Shown piece by piece: positions 17,972 to 27,635 of a DNA stretch of 64,000 nucleotides. The notes under the pieces were generated by a model. That model ran no database searches and was not told where the DNA came from. It was given only the letters and a program-made list of their open reading frames with translations. The DNA is from a virus (Duplodnaviria > Caudoviricetes): positions 1 to 64,000 of IMG/VR virus record IMGVR_UViG_3300011008_000032; one strand, written 5' to 3'. Position 1 is the first letter of the stretch. Each line of letters opens with the position of its first letter. The translations under genes and the position numbers were made by a program.

Positions 17972-20140
17972 TTAGGCAACTTCAGTTTCTTCAGCGGGGA
18001 CACAATCTTTACACATATCGTGTTCGAAGTCGAACTCGTCTTCAGTAACGTATTCACTACACTCTTCGCAATAATAAACTTCTTCTTTGTCTCTCCACAC
18101 ATCGTCTCTGCATTCAACATATCCTTCGTTTTCAGCACATCTCTCACAACAATAATATTTATCATCATCAGTGTGTATCACATCATCATCATCTAGATAT
18201 ATATATTCTCCACAATGTTCACACTCACCAAAGTAACCTGAATATTCCATAGCATCATTACAAACTTTCCCGTAACCGGATATGTAATAATAATCCTCAT
18301 CGCCACCGACTTCCCATTCTTCGTGGAAATCACAATAGAAGCAGCAAGCTTCACAATACCACTCTCCATTTATGTAATACATATTTTCTGTATCTTCTAC
18401 AGCTCCGCACCTATAACAAGTGTGTTCGTTCTTCGCCTCTTCCACGCAGTCCTCACAAACAACGCACTCATCATAGTTGGTAAGTTCTCCGCAATTAGGA
18501 CAGATAGAGCTAGATCCAATTACAATGGGCTTCGTATTAAGTATTTCTGTACCGGTCATTCCCTTCCAGTATGAAACATTGCAGTCGTTATATTCTATAT
18601 GATCGTGATATCCGGCTCCTTCGTAATCTATAACCCTTTCACATTCATCAGTTCCCTTTTTGTTTACCCACATATTAGGGATATCATAACACTCCGCTAT
18701 TATCTTTTGTACTATCTCACGGAATTGTTTTGCAAGTGATGAATCTCCGCCGTCTCTACCGTCTGGATAATTTCTACTCTGTATTAACTTACCTTCTCCA
18801 AGAGAGAAGAAGCAGCGATTTAATTTATCTCTTAATACAAGTTCCGGTTCAGTATCATCTGTCCTTATAGTATACAGAACAAATGTAGTTCCATCGCTTC
18901 CGTATGAAGTAGTACCTCCACTATAACAGCCTGAATAATTATTACTGTTGTTTCGTTTGTTTGTTTTATCAATGGTATAGCAAGATGCCCAATCATTTCC
19001 AAACGAAGCCGTGAGAAATGCTATACGATCGGTGGTTATAACTGTTTTCTGCTTAAAGGTAAGCGGATTAATTGCATCACAGAATTCCGCATATCTTCTA
19101 TTATAACCATCGTCATACTCTCTTCCCGTTATAGTAGTTTTCATATCTTTAATCTTGTCGAGTTTAAGTGCTTTACACATAGCACCTACCACACGGCTAA
19201 TTTTCTTTCCGACCACCGCATTAAGATTAGTGTCTAACATCTGCCCAACACTTAAAAACATATCAGCAAGTTCCTGCGTTTCTATAAGCCGGCTGGGATT
19301 ATTGATGATATAATCAAAAATATCACTTATTTTATACACCAGTTTTACATCCGCTAATGCAACTCTACGAGCACCAAATGAAGTTGAATTATTCTGAAAA
19401 TATAATTTTGCTTCTCTCCATTTATAAAACTCGTTCATACTCTCTCCATATGAAAAGCCCAAGATTTTAGTGGTGTCTCTGTCCCTAGATAGTAAACACT
19501 CAAATGCGTTTACTATTCTTTCCATTTTCTGGAATGCTTCAACTACATCATCATAATAATATACTTTCCATTTACATTCCTGAATAGTATCATTAAGATT
19601 ATCCATTACCCAGTTTCTAAATTTATAGACTATATCTAAATCTATTGTTCGGACAAGATCCGCATCGAATACTATACTGTGGGTTCTGTTATCCCACAGT
19701 GGATGACGAGAAAGTAAATCATTAAGCTTCTTTTTCTGTTCGTTTGAATATTCGTTCGCTTCCCGTACATATCTATCTTCATATGGATACTTGATAAAAG
19801 TGTCTGAAGAACAAGAATATTCTTCGTAAAGTTCTTCTTCCATCTTCACACATCGTTCAAGATATTCGGTGTCATCTCTTTCAGGCACTTCAATTCCCGG
19901 GAAGTTTGCTATTTCTTTTTCCACGAATACATCCTCCTCTCCTGACATAAACATATCTTCTGTCCACTGCCAATGACCGCCATCTATATCTAACCTAATG
20001 TCATATTTACCATCTCTAATGGCGGTAATGATTGCTCTTTGTTCTCTGTACTCTTCCATCTCTGGAACTACATACACGGTATAATCATCTCCGTGATGTA
20101 AATCGCCTTTGATTACTACTTCATCTCCTACATTAAGCAT
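17972..20140 (-). CDS. large hypothetical protein with C-terminal tandem CxxC (zinc-ribbon) repeats
   Basis: 722 aa; about ten CxxC pairs in the last 180 aa; SH3-like N-terminus. Confidence 0.8.
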   Translation of the reverse strand: MLNVGDEVVIKGDLHHGDDYTVYVVPEMEEYREQRAIITAIRDGKYDIRLDIDGGHWQWTEDMFMSGEEDVFVEKEIANFPGIEVPERDDTEYLERCVKMEEELYEEYSCSSDTFIKYPYEDRYVREANEYSNEQKKKLNDLLSRHPLWDNRTHSIVFDADLVRTIDLDIVYKFRNWVMDNLNDTIQECKWKVYYYDDVVEAFQKMERIVNAFECLLSRDRDTTKILGFSYGESMNEFYKWREAKLYFQNNSTSFGARRVALADVKLVYKISDIFDYIINNPSRLIETQELADMFLSVGQMLDTNLNAVVGKKISRVVGAMCKALKLDKIKDMKTTITGREYDDGYNRRYAEFCDAINPLTFKQKTVITTDRIAFLTASFGNDWASCYTIDKTNKRNNSNNYSGCYSGGTTSYGSDGTTFVLYTIRTDDTEPELVLRDKLNRCFFSLGEGKLIQSRNYPDGRDGGDSSLAKQFREIVQKIIAECYDIPNMWVNKKGTDECERVIDYEGAGYHDHIEYNDCNVSYWKGMTGTEILNTKPIVIGSSSICPNCGELTNYDECVVCEDCVEEAKNEHTCYRCGAVEDTENMYYINGEWYCEACCFYCDFHEEWEVGGDEDYYYISGYGKVCNDAMEYSGYFGECEHCGEYIYLDDDDVIHTDDDKYYCCERCAENEGYVECRDDVWRDKEEVYYCEECSEYVTEDEFDFEHDMCKDCVPAEETEVA

Positions 20141-20153
20141 TTAATTTTCCTCC

Positions 20154-22277
20154 TTATGCTGCAAGATAAGTTTCGGATACTTCTTCCCTACCTTTTCCGT
20201 ATCCAGTTCCGGTGTTAAGAAGTTTATACTTCTCACATTTGAATCCTCTATCCTTAATCCATTTCCATACAAAGGAAATAGCATCAGGATCATTACCAAG
20301 CCAGCGGTTATGCTTGCCGTGTATCTGAACAATATAGTTCTGAGGGTTGACCTCTATTGTATAGAATGGAGTATCTATTTCGTCATTCTTACGAAGGAAT
20401 ACTATATTTGTATTGCCTTGTGCGTGACTTTCAAGATAAGAACCTACACAATGACTAAGTGATATACCCTCGCTAGTGATTTCTGCTAGTGATTTCGGCA
20501 CTACGATTGAGTATTTCTCACCGTGAGATTCGAACTTCTCAATTCTATCTTTCTGAAGTTTATCGAATTTCTTTTTGTATTCCGCTTTGCGTTCTTCTTC
20601 ACGAAGTGTGTACAATCTATTACGTTCTTCTCTATCGGCCCGTTCTAAAGCCAAAAGATTATCGTGAAGAACTGTTATATCTTCAAGTGTTTTGAAGTCC
20701 GTAAAATCAATTTCCGGTCTATTAAACAACCTAAAATAGATTTCTTTTGCATCTAAATATGTACCAATAGCTCCCGACTCTTTCATTTCAAGGCGGAATA
20801 ACTTTTCGATTAGGTGCCTCTCTTCATCGGTTAGATTGCGGGGATTATGTCTCATTGACCACTGGTTTATACCAATTATCGTTCCCCAATAATGCCAGCC
20901 CATATTTTTTAGACCAGTCCAATAGAGTTCTATGGTTTCTGCTGATAAGTCAGTTATATCTGTCCGCCCGAATATTTGTTTCATGTCCTTAATTGTTCTT
21001 GAAGAATAAAGAGCAACACTCTCTACTCTACTAAGAAGTTCTTTATTTACTCCAAGGATTTTATACACACTCCCTTTACGCTCGTTTATCTTGTCGAGCA
21101 TAAAAGTTTCCTTTAAGTTTGATATAACTTCATCCCCGTATCTCATATAATGCTTGGCCAATTCCTTATATCCCGACTTATATAACTTCTCTATAATCGG
21201 ATGTCTAAGCACCGAAATGAGGTTTTTAAGGAAGGCGAAAGAATTACGTTCAATATTATCAAACATTTCCATATTCCACTTGATAGGTTTCCATTCTAAT
21301 AATTTTTCAAAGTTAATCCTTCGAAGATTATTATCATAGAAATAAACTATCGAACTCAGGTTTTTACCCACAACTCTATATCCATTAAGTGTGTTTTCCA
21401 TAATGGATACTTTTCCTTTATTATCAATGAAAATCCTCGCAGCCTCCTTACTTGTTCCGGTAGACTCATACTTATGAGTATTATAATTATATATTTTTTC
21501 TGCTTCGAATAATCTGAACACCGCATATTTATCGTCAAGTATATTGAGCTCAATCGTATTCCCTATGTAATTCCTCACCGGGAGTTCATATGTCAAAAGT
21601 TTTGCGGTTAAATCACTTATAGGTCGTTCTTTTTCTTTCTTAATAAACTTTGCTAATTCCCAGAAATTTGATATTGCTATTTCTGAATGTAGATATCCTA
21701 TTGGTGCCGTATTGCATCCACAAAATTCCTGCAAAGTTTCTTCGAGATTGTTAGGTTTTTTTCTCCCGTATGATGCCATACCATTCAACTCTCTTATAAG
21801 TGTGCGGTTATAAAATCTTCCGTCGTCCTCTCTCCAAAGACGATTTCCATATTCATCATAAGGAAGCATAGTCTTTCTATCTATAAACAACCGGTTCCAA
21901 CCATATGTATGATATCGTTCATATATCCATTCCCGTTTTTCTCCTTTTCGACCACGACTTCCGTCTAACATTTCCACTTTTGCAACCTCAAGTACGTCGT
22001 GCCCTATGTTCTTAACATATGCTCCTTTATATCCATAAGATGAAGGAGAACAATAGTCGTATCTTTCGTAACATCTTTCGTAACCATACGAATACCACTT
22101 TATTATTTCCGGCTTCTCATTTACGGTTACAACTCCGTTATACGGAACATAATATTTTTTGTAGCTACCTAATTCTTTATTATGTCCTTGCCAACTTATT
22201 GCAAATATAGGACAGAACTTTTGATCAGGCTCCGTATGATTCGCTGCATATCTCTTAATAAAGTTTTCTGTTTTCAT
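20154..22277 (-). CDS. PcfJ-like domain protein
   Basis: C-terminal IVVPKSLAEITSEGISLSHCVGSY...IVFLRK...PFYTIEV...IVQIHGKHN. Confidence 0.85.
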   Translation of the reverse strand: MKTENFIKRYAANHTEPDQKFCPIFAISWQGHNKELGSYKKYYVPYNGVVTVNEKPEIIKWYSYGYERCYERYDYCSPSSYGYKGAYVKNIGHDVLEVAKVEMLDGSRGRKGEKREWIYERYHTYGWNRLFIDRKTMLPYDEYGNRLWREDDGRFYNRTLIRELNGMASYGRKKPNNLEETLQEFCGCNTAPIGYLHSEIAISNFWELAKFIKKEKERPISDLTAKLLTYELPVRNYIGNTIELNILDDKYAVFRLFEAEKIYNYNTHKYESTGTSKEAARIFIDNKGKVSIMENTLNGYRVVGKNLSSIVYFYDNNLRRINFEKLLEWKPIKWNMEMFDNIERNSFAFLKNLISVLRHPIIEKLYKSGYKELAKHYMRYGDEVISNLKETFMLDKINERKGSVYKILGVNKELLSRVESVALYSSRTIKDMKQIFGRTDITDLSAETIELYWTGLKNMGWHYWGTIIGINQWSMRHNPRNLTDEERHLIEKLFRLEMKESGAIGTYLDAKEIYFRLFNRPEIDFTDFKTLEDITVLHDNLLALERADREERNRLYTLREEERKAEYKKKFDKLQKDRIEKFESHGEKYSIVVPKSLAEITSEGISLSHCVGSYLESHAQGNTNIVFLRKNDEIDTPFYTIEVNPQNYIVQIHGKHNRWLGNDPDAISFVWKWIKDRGFKCEKYKLLNTGTGYGKGREEVSETYLAA

Positions 22278-22334
22278 AATTATTATTCTCCTTCATCTTA
22301 GGGGGCAGCCGAATGACTGCCCGGCCTACCGCGT

Positions 22335-22843
22335 TTTAATTAATACAAGTAATCATCTTCATCGTCATCAAAGTCGTCGAGTTCCGTTTCCAGATTCTGC
22401 AACTCGATCGTTGCTTTTGCTATAAGCAACTGTTTGACAACGTCATCCGCCATCGGTATTCCTTCCATATCATCGAGGTTTGCAATTTCCGTTGTGCCGA
22501 GATAGATTCTCTTTGTACCATATGAAATCAGCATTTCATTTCCAAGTACATCGACCGCCTCGCTGGGTTTAATCTCGTTTGCCGCTATGGTTATGGCATT
22601 GCGGATATAGTCCGCTGCCTTGTAGACATCTCCGTTAGTAGCCAACACAGCTTCACGAATTAACTTAATACCAGCCTGCTTATCGCTTTCGCTTACATAC
22701 CCGAACATCAATATGGGTTCCGGCTTATTGTTAATGATTGGTATAAGACCGCCGTTTCCGTTCTGCTGAAAGTCGATTGCGAACTGTCCTTCGGTCTTAA
22801 GGTTTTCGTTTGTGTTGATAATAGCGTCGTTTTCGTATGACAT
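22335..22843 (-). CDS. hypothetical early protein
   Basis: Start revised to MSYEND (ATG 22843) behind AAAGGAG; ORF-track end 22340. Confidence 0.7.
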
Positions 22844-23613
22844 TTTAATTCTCCTTTCTAATCTTCCGTAATGAAAATTCTGCATCGGACTCCGTAGTAA
22901 CGCTCGACAAATTCTACATTTGCGTAGAAATCCTCGTCGTTGAAGTCGTAGGCACGACTGATATGGATCTGTTCTCCGTTGTTGGTTATCCAAGAAAAGT
23001 GAAACTTTGTTGTGTTTGTCATAACGTATTCTCCTTTCCGTTATCCATGATGATTGCTACCATTGTGCCAATTAGTGCTACTGTAAAGACCGCCGCTCCT
23101 ATCATTTCCCGTTCACCTCGCTTTCTTTGCCGTAATATAATAATAGTTTCCGCAACCGATTTTGATTACAGTAATACGGTCACGCTTATATCCCATTTGC
23201 GTTAGTATGTTAATTGCATTAGGCACGTCGCTTCCCTTTACATCTGTAAAAGTCGTGACATCGCACATAAATTTCTGCATTTGCGCTTACACCTCCAATA
23301 CATAATCCGGCACTATATCAAGCATAGTCGCTGCAATGGAAAGCCAGATTTTCTTTCCGCTTTTAGTGCGGATAAGAACGCGGTTTTCCGTTATACAATC
23401 TCGTTTGCAATTATATTTTGCGAGTATTGCGTCTAACTTTGATAGATCACATCTTAACATAGTTATTCTCCCTTGTCAAGAATTAATTTTCCCTTGTATC
23501 TACAAGGATTTCGGCAATATAGTCTAAATAGTCGCTCTCGCTTGCAAACAAGCGGTACTCTCCATCTACATATCCCATGTAGCCGGTGGAAGTATGATAA
23601 CCTTTGATTTCCA

Positions 23614-23868
23614 TTATGCCCATTCCTCCCGAATATTTCCATTGGGATCAAACATCCTTAAATCTTTTCCGCAATTTGTAGACAAGACTTCGTCTATTGT
23701 CATATTTTCTGTTTCTGAAATATAGTTAAGTGCCCATTCAAGCAGAGTACATATTGCCTGCTTTTGCTGCTGGGTTTTTCCCAGCGGATTTTCCGTTAAT
23801 ACAGAATTCATTTTTTCTGTTATATTGTTATTTATTCTGCGTAGTTTTTTAATGTCATACTTGTCCAT
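23614..23868 (-). CDS. hypothetical early protein
   Basis: 84-aa ORF with AAGGAG RBS. Confidence 0.7.
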   Translation of the reverse strand: MDKYDIKKLRRINNNITEKMNSVLTENPLGKTQQQKQAICTLLEWALNYISETENMTIDEVLSTNCGKDLRMFDPNGNIREEWA

Positions 23869-23881
23869 TTGTTTTCTCCTT

Positions 23882-24064
23882 TCATTTAAGGTACAGATGT
23901 TCAGTTCCGTTGAAATTTAGCACGTAAGTGTCTGCGTTTTCAGATACCATATAACAATTATGAATAGCAGCACTCTTGCCAAGGCAAATCCCTAAAATAA
24001 AAGCCATCGCAATTACTGCGGTGGCTAATATGATCCTGACTTCGAGTTCGTTGTCTTTGTTCAT
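23882..24064 (-). CDS. small membrane-anchored early protein
   Basis: Hydrophobic segment IILATAVIAMAFILGICLG; GGGGG RBS. Confidence 0.65.
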   Translation of the reverse strand: MNKDNELEVRIILATAVIAMAFILGICLGKSAAIHNCYMVSENADTYVLNFNGTEHLYLK

Positions 24065-24227
24065 TACCCAATACCCCCTTTAATTTAGGCAAGTTTCCAT
24101 TTGTTGTCGTAAGTGTCAAAGAACGCATCATACCCACGTTTCCGCAATTCAGCCAGAGATGTTCTGATGTTATGCGGAGTTGGTCTGGCGTTCATTCCAA
24201 AAATAATCTCATCCAACGTAAATCCAC

Positions 24228-24416
24228 TCATAGTGTCACCTTCCCTTCAAATAGTTGCGTTGCAAAACTTGACGTAATACCCCATTCCATAATGATCCGG
24301 ATAGCATAGATACAATCACGCCTACATAATTTTCCATCGGCGTTAAGTTGACGCACTTTTGCTATGCGTTCCTTTTTGCTTTTGCGCGACCTAATAACCC
24401 ACTCATATTTATGCAT
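24228..24416 (-). CDS. hypothetical early protein
   Basis: Short basic ORF; start uncertain. Confidence 0.5.
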   Translation of the reverse strand: MHKYEWVIRSRKSKKERIAKVRQLNADGKLCRRDCIYAIRIIMEWGITSSFATQLFEGKVTL

Positions 24417-24687
24417 TGACTGCACCAGTAAGGATTAAGTTTGCGCATACTACCAGCATATCTGACATTTCATTAAAGGTACAAATACCCCTTTGATACT
24501 GTCTGTTGATAGCATTAGATACAGCCGTAATGTCATCGTTGTAATCTCTCATTAGTGTTAATACATTCAAAAGTGCCATAGTGTTAAACCACCTTTCATA
24601 ATATAGATAGACTTATAGTGATAGTGCGTTCCTACCCACCTATTGCGTGGAAACAATGTCCACGTACTCAATGAATAAGCCCACAAG

Positions 24688-24717
24688 AAAAGGCACCACT
24701 ACTTGAGTGATGCCCTT
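24688..24717 (-). terminator. Rho-independent terminator after the first early gene
   Basis: Minus strand AAGGGCATCAC-tcaagta-GTGGTGCCTTTTCTT. Confidence 0.7.
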
Positions 24718-24743
24718 GTTCTAGGATTATTCGGGGATTTAAT

Positions 24744-25556
24744 TTATTCGGCTATTACACCTACTACAAGTGTGCAAACCACTTTGTTAAATCTATCCCA
24801 GTTATAAGTTGTGTTACCTTCCTTGTCGGTCTTAGCGGATATGAGCGTCTTGGCTACTGTACCACTGTATGAGATACTACCGTCCTCATCCTTGCTAAAT
24901 TTGTTAGTGTAACCCTGAACATATGCATCCTGTATCATATAGATCCGGTTCTTATCGAACTTAATGCGTACTTCGTCGGTGTACTCGTTGGCTGTGGGAA
25001 GTGACAGTGATACCTTGAGTATCTTCTGAATTGAACCCTGTGCTATCTTATAGTTATCCTTGACCTTTTTGGTTAAGGACATAGCACCGTCATCGGTTAT
25101 GGCGTTCGTGTAGTCATGGCATACCTCAAGTGCCTTATACAGCTCCTCATTGCCGTTGAGTGACTGGAGTGCTATCTTCTCAAGTTTGGAGTTACCGGCT
25201 GTGGCAATAAGGCGGAGTAATCGGATAACATTTTCCTTGACGTTATCGCCTACTACCATACCCTTGACAACCTTATCATAGGACTTCTTGCACTCGGATA
25301 CTTTAGCCTCATACCCCTTGATGTCCTCTTTGAGTGCCTTAATCTTATCTTCAAAACCCTTAATCTCATTATCTGTGTACTTGTAAAAGCCGTTCTTCAT
25401 AGGCTTCTTGTTACTCTCGATCTTCTTCTCAAGACCGGAAATCTGTGCGTGTGCTAATTCAATGAGCATAATGAACTCACTGTATGATACAGCCGTTGCG
25501 AACTCTACTCTCTGTACGTCGTTGATGGTTGCTGCAAAAATGTTTGTTTTAAGCAT
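24744..25556 (-). CDS. hypothetical early protein, first gene of the leftward arm
   Basis: 270-aa ORF, AAAGGTAGG RBS, codon usage rich in AAG/GAG like the capsid gene. Confidence 0.85.
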   Translation of the reverse strand: MLKTNIFAATINDVQRVEFATAVSYSEFIMLIELAHAQISGLEKKIESNKKPMKNGFYKYTDNEIKGFEDKIKALKEDIKGYEAKVSECKKSYDKVVKGMVVGDNVKENVIRLLRLIATAGNSKLEKIALQSLNGNEELYKALEVCHDYTNAITDDGAMSLTKKVKDNYKIAQGSIQKILKVSLSLPTANEYTDEVRIKFDKNRIYMIQDAYVQGYTNKFSKDEDGSISYSGTVAKTLISAKTDKEGNTTYNWDRFNKVVCTLVVGVIAE

Positions 25557-26136
25557 GGTTAATTCCTACCTTTCATTATAATAGATTATTAGTGTCCTCA
25601 CTCTGTATTGATACGGACTTGTGACCGGCACATAAGACTTATTTTTTGTGGTGCTTATGTGGTTACATTAAGAACGTATAGTTTTTGGCACATTCTCACA
25701 TGGTATATACTCACTTTACTGATCTGATAAAATCATTACGCTTTACCATGCCTACCGACCCTTCCTACCTACGCCCATAGGTGTATTAACTCACTAAACG
25801 GCTACAACTTGTGGCGGAGTTTTTGTGTAGGTACACAAGGCATAATCCGCACCGTTGTGAGTATAGGCACAACGTATAGAAGTAATACAAGTCAGAACAT
25901 CTGACAGCCTGAACGTCAGGCGGAAAACCGCTATACGTTGCGAGTGCCTCTATATAGATCGACGTTACTCCGCATTTCAGCGACCTATCGGTGTGCCTAC
26001 TTCCTTGAAGTCTTACCGCACTTACTAATTGCACCGTACCGCCTATGAACTACAAACAATGCGGATTAATTGCAAGTCAAATCTTGGCTCTTTCAGTCAC
26101 TCGGTAAACCTTATCCCTATTGACCGACCGTCGATA

Positions 26137-26152
26137 TTAAGTTTTCAAAGTA
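26137..26152 (-). promoter_or_regulatory. rrn-type boxA antitermination-like sequence
   Basis: Minus strand TACTTTGAAAACTTAA contains the Firmicutes rrn boxA core CTTTGAAAACT, about 20 nt after a putative TSS and a GTCCC-AAG-GGGAC hairpin. Confidence 0.55.
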
Positions 26153-26176
26153 CCCCGTCCCCCTTGGGACAATAAC

Positions 26177-26206
26177 ATTATCTCACAATCCTAGGTATTG
26201 TGCTAA
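26177..26206 (-). promoter_or_regulatory. putative extended -10 promoter (TG-A-GATAAT) overlapped by a palindrome
   Basis: Minus strand ttagca...ttgTGaGATAAT; palindrome CACAAT-cctaggt-ATTGTG at 26184-26202. Confidence 0.45.
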
Positions 26207-26497
26207 AAAACTATAATTTTTTTTCGCATTTGCTGGATTTATGCGGGTTAAGGGGGTATTTTTAACGCTAAAAAATCCCCGAAAACGTGATATATGCGTA
26301 CCAGTTTCACCCACACATCAACCCCAAAAACTACCGATAAAACTACTCATCATCCCATCTACCATCCCAATCGCCTTCCGCATCGTAAAACCACCCATAA
26401 AACCAGTTTATGCATAAATCATGCATATTATGCAAATTTCGTGTATATTATGCATTCAATCCGCAGAATCCCCGTAATACCGCGCAAAATTAAACCC

Positions 26498-26526
26498 TTG
26501 AATTATATCCAAAATAATGGTATGAT
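26498..26526 (+). promoter_or_regulatory. sigmaA-type promoter TTGAAT-17-TATGAT
   Basis: Preceded by AAATTAAACCC, shared with the promoter at 27402. Confidence 0.65.
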
Positions 26527-26554
26527 ATGGTTGAAGAATTGGAGTGGATAATAA

Positions 26555-26588
26555 TAAGTATTATTTGTTTATTAAGTATTATTTGTTT
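26555..26588 (+). repeat. tandem direct repeat 2 x TAAGTATTATTTGTTT (18-bp period)
   Basis: Exact 16-bp copies at 26555-26570 and 26573-26588. Confidence 0.85.
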
Positions 26589-26647
26589 TAAGATCTGCCA
26601 AAAAGAAAGTGGATTTTCCATTTTGACTTGACAAAAAGAAAGTAGAG

Positions 26648-27397
26648 GTGGTTGTTATAGGTGCAAAAAACATAGATATTATATGTCCAAATAAGCTGGT
26701 CACGTTTTTTGACTCAACTCCACTTTTGGTCTATTGTCTCTCTCAAAACGCTTATAAAATAGGCAGAAATTGTGTCAGATGGGAAACTATCGCATATTTA
26801 ATGAAGTGCCCTGTACCGGTGCAGCAAAAAAAGAAAAAACAAATATTGGACGCATTAGATAATTTATGTGACCTGGGATTTATAAAGAAAGAAAATTATT
26901 GGGGATATATAATTGATGCCAATTCATTCTATAATCAAACGGAAGGTTTTGAAAGATGTTCTTATGAAGCATTAATGACTCTCAGAGATAATGCCCCTCT
27001 CTTTCAACATTATATGTTAATCAAAAAAGGATTGATTAACGGTAGGTGTACTTATGATATTAATTATTTCACAAAGATGGAGAACGTGAGTGAGCGCACT
27101 ATTGCCAGACGTAACCAAGAGTTGGTCAATTTGAAATTAATAGATATATATAGAACGGTCAAAGATGATAAATACGACCGCAATGTTTATGTGCTTCATA
27201 ATGATAAATATGTTGCCGGCCAGAATTTTAGCAATATTGACCGCAGCATATCCCAGCGGTACAATTCTTTTGTAAAGAATCCGGATAAGTTTACCCCTAT
27301 TATGCGCAAGACGCTGCGTAAGCAGGTGGAAGAATATAACGCCCGCAATCCGGATCGAGCAAAAGATCTGGTTGCCTTTGATACCGAGATAAATTAA
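26648..27397 (+). CDS. putative winged-HTH DNA-binding protein (regulator or initiator-like)
   Basis: DINYFTKMENVSERTIARRNQELVNLKLI looks like an HTH/wing; start codon uncertain. Confidence 0.55.
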   Translation: MVVIGAKNIDIICPNKLVTFFDSTPLLVYCLSQNAYKIGRNCVRWETIAYLMKCPVPVQQKKKKQILDALDNLCDLGFIKKENYWGYIIDANSFYNQTEGFERCSYEALMTLRDNAPLFQHYMLIKKGLINGRCTYDINYFTKMENVSERTIARRNQELVNLKLIDIYRTVKDDKYDRNVYVLHNDKYVAGQNFSNIDRSISQRYNSFVKNPDKFTPIMRKTLRKQVEEYNARNPDRAKDLVAFDTEIN

Positions 27398-27401
27398 ACC
27401 C

Positions 27402-27430
27402 TTGATTTATTCGAAATTATATAGTATAAT
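27402..27430 (+). promoter_or_regulatory. sigmaA-type promoter TTGATT-17-TATAAT
   Basis: TTGATT tattcgaaattatatag TATAAT, preceded by AAATTAAACCC. Confidence 0.75.
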
Positions 27431-27463
27431 TAAGCTGAGGGATAATAATAGAAAGGAGTCATT

Positions 27464-27625
27464 ATGTACGAAGAATTGAAACTACGCTACTCTTCTTTCG
27501 ATTTTGCTTCCGCAATAGACGAGATACTCGCATGGGAAGCGGAACTTACAGAAGAGAATCAGATAAAGAAAAATGTATTGCGCGGAGTTCTGGATATTAT
27601 TCTTGACAACTGCGTATTTGAGTGA
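27464..27625 (+). CDS. 53-aa hypothetical protein
   Basis: AAAGGAG RBS; MYEELKLRYSSFDF...DNCVFE. Confidence 0.7.
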   Translation: MYEELKLRYSSFDFASAIDEILAWEAELTEENQIKKNVLRGVLDIILDNCVFE

Positions 27626-27635
27626 AGGAGCCCCT

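Noticed and set aside
367-23527. Plus-strand ORFs in the left arm (e.g. 367-579, 811-1044, 3746-4000, 5866-6174, 8377-8745, 18323-18574, 22963-23205)
   Set aside because: They are antisense shadows of RBS-led minus-strand genes, with low-complexity F/I/L/S translations and no RBS.
25786-26551. ORFs 25786-26034 (-) and 26294-26551 (+)
   Set aside because: No convincing RBS, atypical composition; the second merely translates the C/A-skewed tract. The region is better explained as leader/regulatory DNA.
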